Positions 55,666 to 64,000 of a stretch of 64,000 bases of DNA are shown one piece after another. The notes beneath the pieces were generated by a model. The model had not been told where the DNA came from, ran no database searches, and saw only the letters and a program-made list of their open reading frames with translations. Source of the DNA: Bigelowiella natans CCMP2755 (Eukaryota; Protista; Cercozoa). Numbering within the stretch: position 1 is the stretch's first letter; each line of letters starts with the position of its first letter. The position numbers and the translations under genes were made by a program. The DNA lies in assembly GCA_000320545.1 (NCBI GenBank), contig ADNK01000875.1, forward strand, positions 248,001 to 312,000, written 5' to 3'.

Positions 55666-57791
55666 AAGCTGATTTGACGATAATAACGATCATGAAGTAG
55701 CAAGGTAAATACACGTCATATAAAAACACATCGGGCCATCACATTTAATCAACAGAGTACAAATATGATTCTCTGCACAAATACACACACACACACACAC
55801 AAACACAAGGGAAGGGAGTGAAAGAGCGGAGGAGAAGTTTCAATATCGGGTAAATAATACTACCAGCTTATCCACTGCGATCCTTGCGGCAATAGCTACA
55901 TTGTTGAAGAAACAAAATCCTGCAAATGCCGATCAGAGGAGGACCAGAGAGAAAATCACGGAAAAGACGAAGCGATTCGATTCAGGCAAAATGTGCTGCA
56001 CGATTCGTCCCTCTCCATGACAATCCCCACGTATCTATTAGATACGTTGGTTTGGTTTGTTGTCATCATGGCCCTCTCTGCCCCAATACCCATCGAAGTA
56101 GTATCTACCACCTTTGCTGGAGAACCGCTCTGCGTGATGCCCTGGCGGCCTTACCACTGCCACCCCTTCAAACGGAGCATTGCATCAATCATCACTTATT
56201 TCTATTTATATCAAAGCAAAACACACACACACACGCATATGCAGACTCCAAACACAAACCACCGTTTTTGAGCTTTCCCTGAGCAATTCTAGTGACCAGC
56301 TCCACGGTGGACCTTTGTTGTGAGGAGGGGGAACGACACAGAGACAACAAGAGCATTTATTGAAATGCAAGCGGCAATACATAAGCCTTGCGGGCAATGT
56401 TGAAGCAGCTCTTTCCAGTTGGTATGATGATATTCGTTGTTATCAGGATACTACCCACTAGAGATTGCTGTTGTTGTTGTTGTTGTTGATGATGATGATG
56501 TTTCTGATGGTGATGGTGCTGGTGTTGATAGTAGTGCTCGGCTTAGCTGACCTACTACTACTGCTGCTGCTGCTGCTGTCAATACTACTATTACTACTAC
56601 TACTACTGCTACTACTACTACAGCTACTGCACTGGGATGATGGAATCACTATCATCATCTTCTTCTTCATCATCATCATCATCATCTTCGCTGTCATTAT
56701 TATTAATATCGACGTCCTTCGACTATAAATAGCGATACCCTGCCGAGATCCTCGCAGCTAGGCCAGTTCTCTTATTGAGATAGATGGAGTCGTAAAGACG
56801 CTCCAGACTTTTTGAAGACTTCTCTGGCACCTTATCCAAAGCCTGGACCAGCTATGGGAGGAGGGGGAGGAGGAGGAGGAGGAAGGAGGAGAGGGTGGGA
56901 ACAATATTAGATAGGTAGATTTTGATGTGCACATCTCAAGACGCAGTAGCCAGCAGCGGCAGCAATAAGTAGTATGGAGCAATAGCATATCAGCCACCAC
57001 AACTGCTCATGATGCAATATTTGATCTATTCTATGACAATAGTAAAAAATGATGTCGCTCCTGCCACTTTCCCAAGAGCAGCAGCAGCAGCAGCAGCAGC
57101 AAAAACAACCACCACCGCCCACCAGCATTACTAGGAGAACAGAGCTGCTTACTACTACTACTACTACTGGATATAGTAGCGTTTACGAGACAGCATACCT
57201 GCCGGTAGGTCTCCGAATGCACTGAGCAGATTTCCTGGTGTGCAAGCAAAAAGACCCGTGTATATGTACCGTGTATATGCTTATCATCACTGCCATCGCT
57301 CTGGTTGTGCAACTTCTCTCTCTCAATCTCTCTCTCTCTCTCTCTTTGTGTGTGTGTGTGTGTTTCTATCGCGCATTGTCTATAGCATTTGTAGAGTATT
57401 ATTGGCTAAAATCCACCTCCTGCGTAGCTTCCCGAGAGGGAACTGTTACACACCTTTCCGCCAATCGTTTTTCGACCTGCGGAGCCACGATCATATCAGC
57501 GATGGAACGGCGGCGAAGAGGAAGGTGGAAGGGAAAATATGCTCATCATCATCACCACCAACCAGCATGTTGTAAATAGCCTTTATCCTCAACGGAGACT
57601 CTGGGTGTGCATCATCGGTTAGGGAGTGATGCTGGCACATCCGCGCATCATATACCAAACCAGTGCCTTTTAGGAAGGAACAAAGTAGGTTTTGAAGGGC
57701 GGGGGGTGGGGGGTGTTGGGTGTTAATTTTCTCGCCGACTGACGGAAGTATTGTTCATCAGAGATGATATGCGTTTGGATGCAGAGAATGA

Positions 57792-57831
<40 letters not shown>

Positions 57832-58828
57832 AGAGAGAAACTGATGCGGAGGGGGGGGGGTGTAAATGGGAGAGATTCTGCAGGCTGTGAATGATATCGC
57901 AACCAAAGCATGCACAATCGATTGTCTTAATAGTACCATGACCAACGGGAAGAAGTGGTTCGTGAGTGCGCTCTATCGTAATATTGTAAGCTAAGAGGAC
58001 GTACGGAAAACAACAACAAATGGAGAGGAGGAGGAGGAGGAGGAGGAGGAGGAGGAGGATGGAATAACCAAAATTACTTTTACCACTGAAGCTTGGATTT
58101 GACTGCAATTGAACAGGAGGGTGAGAAATGGGAAAGGAAAAGGTGGTGCGAGGACATCATATAGGGGTAAAGGAGTAGTTCGCACCTTTGATTTTGCTGA
58201 ACGCAATAGCTAATTCGTCTTTCTTCAACTTGGGCTTTGCGGAGACCGTGGAAGAAGGTTTGCTGCTAGAATTACTGCTACTACTATTATTATTATTATT
58301 ATTATTATTATTACTACTACTACTACTACTCATAGCTGTGCTATCAACAGCCTTGCCAGGATCATCACGATTGGAAGCTACAGCAGGCTGCTTTTCCTCA
58401 TCAGATACTGCCTTTTCACTTTTTATGGACTTTGACAGTTGGTCGTTATTGCTATCATCGAAGTCCTTATCGCCCTCCTCCTGTATCTCTTTCCCATCTC
58501 TCTTGAAAGAGTCTCTGTTGTCTTCGGAGTCTTTCTCGTCATCCTCTTCTCCTGCTTCTACTGCAAATTTGTAGGTAGAGAAGTTCTTATGGATTGGCAT
58601 GGACACTACCACCGAATATGTTCTTCATCATCGTTTCGTTTCTCCCCCTCATCTAATTCACCATCGTTCCAGGATCGTTGCACATTTATATGACTAAAGA
58701 TCAAACGCAAAGCACTACATTACCACTATCCTTCGCCTTTACAACGGAAGTGCTGCTCGATTCCTAGGTACATGAATCCAGGGATAAAAACGTTAGGGTT
58801 TGTGGGTGGGTGCGTGCACGATCATTTA

Positions 58829-58867
<39 letters not shown>

Positions 58868-59520
58868 ATGGCTGGTATCATCATGAAGCCACAACCTGAT
58901 ATTGGTCGTCATCCTTGGCTTCGTGTAGGTCCTCAGGGCCCAAAGTTCGCTGTCGTTTCTGCAAAAAGAAGTATGGAAATCGAGATGGGAAGAGGGGTTA
59001 GATTGCAGCCTACTATTAGAATTGCTGATGATAAAGAAGAATGCCCACAAAGCGATACCAGCAGCAATACGATGAGGGGCCTCCGATTGATTGTTTGAAT
59101 AGAGTGTGAAATGAATAAACTACGAAATCATGATGGGAACTAACCAGAAGCGATGGCAGCGACGGCTTTTCATTATTATTGTTCTCTTCTAAGTCTGTCT
59201 CCAAAGGACGCTTCTGAAGAGTAAAAAGGAGGTGTTGGTTGAATTGAAATGGTAGGTGCAATCGGCGTCACATTATTCGGGAGTGTGTGACATTTTTAAC
59301 GGCAATTTTCAACATCAAGCGGCGACGTCTGCGTTTTGAAAAACGTAGAGGTAATTGGCGATACTAGAAATCGTCACATATCCGCAGATCAAAGGTGACG
59401 TCACCATGTTAGACGCGTTATGTTTCTGCATGCGCCCATACTCCAAATAAAAGAAAGAAATGACAGAAGCTCGCCGTCGCCTTTGTGAGATCCAACAACC
59501 TTAGACTTTGACGCAGCCAT
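52883..59520 (-). CDS. Class II histone deacetylase (HDAC6/HDA1-like), multi-exon, with acidic low-complexity N-terminus
   Basis: Spliced exons give [12 protein letters not shown]...[55 protein letters not shown]|[42 protein letters not shown] and VLEGG|YDL. Terminal exons are less certain. Confidence 0.92.
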
Positions 59521-60269
59521 GGATCGGAGCGTCTCCGACGAATATCAACGGGCCAATTTCGATATTTTTCTGGAAAGTTCCAAGGAGAGTGGGTGGGGTG
59601 CTCGCGGCGGGAAAGTCAGTGCACGGGCGCAGCGGGACTGAGTGCTTTGGCTGTTTGCTTTAACGAGATCCTGCGGGTGACGACAAGAAAGCAATTGGAT
59701 GCAATTCAAGGTAAATGACAGCAATATGGCATTGACGCAGATAAAATAACCCTTTCATTCTTCATTCTTCCCGAACCGCATGCATTTTTCGAGACTACGG
59801 GATGGTCAATCAGCGACGGCGGCCTTATGCAGGCTATTTCTGGAGCGCGCCACGCTGTGGGCATACGGCAAAAGGCGCCAATGGATCTGCTCGTACGCGC
59901 TGAGAATCATTCGTAGTTATTTATCCGGAAACAACTGAAAAAAACACAACAAAATCGCATGCGAGCTGTATGACCGAAGTTGCAACATTATTACCATTGT
60001 CATTCAAAGCAAAGCGACAGATGTGGGTAGTAACCGCATTGTTTTTCGTCGGAAGGAATATTACCTTATTATTATCACGTTGATACGGATAATTGGGTAG
60101 TGGTCTGCTAGACCATTATTTATCGATGATATATCGTACGGGTAGCAGTGGTAGTAGTTGAAGCAGCGGCAGAGGCAGAGGCAGATTTATTATCACACGA
60201 TCGCCAACCTCCTCGATATCTGTATTTCTGCTCTCTTGCGCGCGTTCTCCCCCCTCCCCCCACCTCTGG

Positions 60270-60566
60270 ATGATTCGGGGTACATTCCAGTTCAGTGGAG
60301 TTACAGTTCACGAACGGACAATCGAGGCAAAGTCTTTGGAGGGACTCTCCACCGCTCTCCTCGAGATGAAAGAAGACTCGAACGCATTCCTGACTACGAA
60401 GATGGCTGAGCAAAAAGAGAAGACGACTGCCTCCAAGAAGAACAAGAAACCTCCCAAGCAAACGGGTCAAATGAATATAGACTCTGTACTCGTAATTGCA
60501 TGTATAATTCCATTCTATATCCAATTAGCTCAAGATACGACCGGGAAAAAGCAGAAAAAAATGTAA
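60270..60566 (+). CDS. Small hypothetical protein, weakly GON7-like (KEOPS subunit)
   Basis: The helix LEGLSTALLEMKEDSNAFLTTKM resembles the Gon7 pattern (L..L...L......N.FLT..M) and is followed by a basic tail. Possible intron near 60465. Confidence 0.35.
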   Translation: MIRGTFQFSGVTVHERTIEAKSLEGLSTALLEMKEDSNAFLTTKMAEQKEKTTASKKNKKPPKQTGQMNIDSVLVIACIIPFYIQLAQDTTGKKQKKM

Positions 60567-61706
60567 CATCGAGAGGATTATGAAACAACAGCCCATACAG
60601 CACTCAGAATGCCGTACTTGCTCAAAAGCAGACGAGCTAATTTGATTGTTGATAATAATTTGAGGCTTAAGAAGACGTGAATGCTGGCAAACATTTTACA
60701 CATAAATGAAGAATTGAACAATGTAAACTAAAAATGCTGTCTGGAAACCGTTCAAACTCGATTTTATTCGTCTGCCAGGACTGATACGAGAATCGTACCT
60801 AGATTTTCAGCAAATATAGATTTATTGTTCGTTTTCTACGGCATGAGTGATAGCTAGACGGGGATATACAATAAATTCCTTTATTCGTCAACGAGTGTAG
60901 AGCAGTAAATCAACTACCAGACAAGCACTGCTATGTAAATTAAAACATGGAAATTATGAATTAAGTCTAATAGCAACATATTTGAATCATTTACACGCTA
61001 CGTGCACAGCAGGTAAGTTGAGGTTGGGTGCTTGCGTACGTATCGCACGCACTACATTCGCATGCGAGCCCTGCTTGCTTGACCACGCCTAAGCCTGCGA
61101 TGCGTCATCTCTACATCTGCACACGCAGTCCACAGGATGCACACATTCATGTTGTGCACACATTTAGACATCAGCATCGCGCCCATACAGCTAGTATAAT
61201 TAGTATAAGCCAACATCGAATATGCAGCAGTATAAACCGTGAACAGCGCAAGTAGACGACGCACTACTGAGACTGTAGTGGCAGTCGCACATAGCATGTG
61301 TCCATGCAATAAATGCATCTACTACATGCCAGGGACATCTCACATCATTGCAATTGTTGCATGCATCTTGCTTGTTTGATGGCAACCATTATTACGTCAA
61401 ACAAATGTGGCACCGTTAGACCGTTTCATCGATCGCGTCGCACCATAACAGTCCATCACAGATGATCGCCAGCACATTGCGACACGCACAATGAGAAATG
61501 ATTCAATCATAAGCTGTGTTGAAATCCGTACTGCCATGATCTAGATGATTGTTGAGAGCGACTATGCATGTCAACGCGCACATCACTAAGATGCGAAGGA
61601 ATCACTGTTCCGTTGATACACCCACACTCGTCGTCTCTCCCCTACATAACTCTGCAGTTTCTATTCTGCTTTCTCAAACGATTTGCAGCGGCACTGTTTA
61701 CAAATT

Positions 61707-62734
61707 TCACATCCGAGATCTAGACCGCACTCTATCCCGCCTGTCATGCATAGAGGTGGCAGATATTAGCAATATTGGACCAAACGAATGTGCTATATTG
61801 TTTGATGTTTATGATGCTTCTTTTGTTCTACTGACCAATACAACTTACTTGGTTACGTACACATGTAAGAACGAATAATAAATTCCCGCCTTTCAAGAGA
61901 ATTTTTCCAGTGTATTGTGTGATTTATGTTTTGGGCACATACCTATGAGGCTTACTATCTCCACTGTCGTCGCTCCGATCACGTTTTTGACGCATTCTTC
62001 CCCCGCCTCCTCGTCCTCTACCATCACCTTCTCGGCTGTTATCATATCGTCGTCGCCTAGTTTCTCTTCGATATGTCACCCTACTGCTGCTTCTTCTGCG
62101 GCGCTGGAAACCGCCATTATTATTTCGGGAACTATGGTATGAGCTTGGCCCTCTCCGCCGGTCTACATGATCAAAATCTGAAAACAACATAATGTAGCGG
62201 TTCGATCACATACATGTAGCTCTGCTGTCATTCAATAATAGCAAAGCTTTTGTTGGTCTTTCTCTCCCTCTTCACCACCTCTTTCGCGGTAGCCCTCTTG
62301 CCCAGGAGTTGCTATTAATTGTTACAGATTTTTGACGCAACATTAAATCATATGAAATCACTCACTCTCAATCGTAGGCAAATGAAATCGAGAACAATTA
62401 ACCACTACTACAAGTACTACTACTTCACACAGTACTAAGGAATGTGTTGATCGTGGCCAGGTCAGTCGCCGATGTCCTGCCGCGACATTTCCAATATGAA
62501 AGAAAATACAAGGAAACAAAGAAAGAACATCAGAGATCGATAATAGAAGAAGCTCTAAAGCATGCACATCGATTCTCCCCCCTCTGGACTATTTCTTTTT
62601 TACCTTCCGTGCAGGTATCGTTGGATGGAGCGCGCTGCTGCATAGTTGTTCCTGCACGTAATTAGTTATCAACGTTTAATCGTTCATTTAATTTTTTTAA
62701 ATGATTCTCTCTCTCTCTCTTTCAAACTGTGTGT

Positions 62735-62772
<38 letters not shown>

Positions 62773-63370
62773 TTAGCCAATACCAACTAACCGTCCCCAC
62801 TCCCCAGCCGCTAAATACTACCTGCCGATGATGCACAGTTTCATGCAGCCATCTGTCGTAGCCTTTTAGTAGATGAGAGGATGTGATAAAATAGTCGGAT
62901 GTTACTGTGGGCGCGCGCGCGCGCGCTTGTGTGTCCCTGAACCATCATCCCAAATATATACGCACAGGCACTTCAAAACCAACTGCTGTTGTAACCATGA
63001 CAACCCGGTTTCAAAAATCATTAGTTCCAAACATCGAAGAAAAAAATATCTTTGCTGCTGAACAAATATACGACGGGTGGCGCGTGATAAGCAATCCATA
63101 TTGTACTACATTGGACGGGAAGAAGGAGAAGACTCTGAATCTACAAAACAACGTCAAAATCACGACAAAACCAACAGGGGAAAAGTGAATATAATGGAAT
63201 TAAGGTGCTTGGGTAGTACAAAAATGATGATATACAAATTCTAAAATACGCAATTATCACCTTTGGTCGAGGTCAATGAGATTCCTCGACTTCTTCCCCT
63301 TCACCAGGCCAACTGTAAGAATATAGTAACCAAAACGTACTTTGCGTTATTACACGAAGAGACAAGATAT

Positions 63371-63436
<66 letters not shown>

Positions 63437-63674
63437 TCTGTGTGGTGATGTAAATAGAGCATGCATACTGTCGTACTGTTGACTTCTAATATGCATTGCG
63501 GAGAACACAATACGACAACCTAGATCCGTAGGCACGTCCATCATCATAGACACTTCTTTTTCCGGAAGCTTCTCTAAACAGCTATTGAGGGGAAGGAACA
63601 GCATACATGCCGCCAGAAATTGCAAATAATAATCAGGAAGGAGAGTTCATAAATTAATGTTTACAATATAACAT

Positions 63675-63714
<40 letters not shown>

Positions 63715-64000
63715 GTGTGTGCGTGTGTGTGTGTAATAGCGTATATGCAAGATATTTATACTATCTTTGGTGCTCTCGAACAAAATTAGTGATAAGATTA
63801 TATCCCTTCCTTCAACACCGTAATCTGATAGTGTACCACGGTCTTACTCTAAATTGAAGCTAGCTGTGGGGACTTGCTTCAGGATTTCCATCAGAGCCTA
63901 ATTTGCATAGGACAGGTAGTTTTGAAGGGAGGAGGACGGAAATGAGTAGGCGGTCGGTTCTATGGTAAGAACAGAAAATGTATTATTTTAAAAATGGTGG
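61707..64000 (-). CDS. KH-domain-like RNA-binding protein with RS/RD-rich C-terminus (5' part outside window)
   Basis: Spliced segments MDVPTDL|VGLVKGKKSRNLIDLDQR|FRV...MKLCIIG|RNNYAAARSIQRYL resemble a KH fold. C-terminal exons are rich in RR/RS/RD and end RDRVRSRSRM*. Confidence 0.5.

Overview
Eukaryotic nuclear DNA with many GT-AG introns and abundant microsatellites, probably from a protist; the species cannot be identified from sequence. By manual splicing I can support COX17, a polo-like kinase, prefoldin 2, eIF3c, tRNA-Ser(GCT), a SIZ/PIAS-type SUMO ligase with a MYND finger, a class II histone deacetylase, several hypothetical genes, two LINE 3' fragments and one intact, young 7.1-kb Ty1/Copia element. 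Four things stand out. (1) An 8-exon gene (14242->7192, minus) encodes one ~1,970-aa polypeptide that fuses ribonucleotide reductase R1, R2 and a HemK/N6AMT1-like NPPY methyltransferase. Its radical and catalytic residues are intact, its allosteric sites are degenerate, and a CxxC appears to have moved to the N-terminus. (2) Repeats show RIP-like TpA->TpG/CpA (A-to-G) hypermutation that spares CTAG/CTAC/GTAG, visible directly by aligning the two LINE copies. (3) One gene encodes a signal peptide, a SAM domain and an ERp18/AGR-like thioredoxin ending in KTEL. (4) The Copia LTRs carry long perfect heat-shock-element arrays. All gene models are manual, based on remembered family motifs, and lack transcript or database confirmation.
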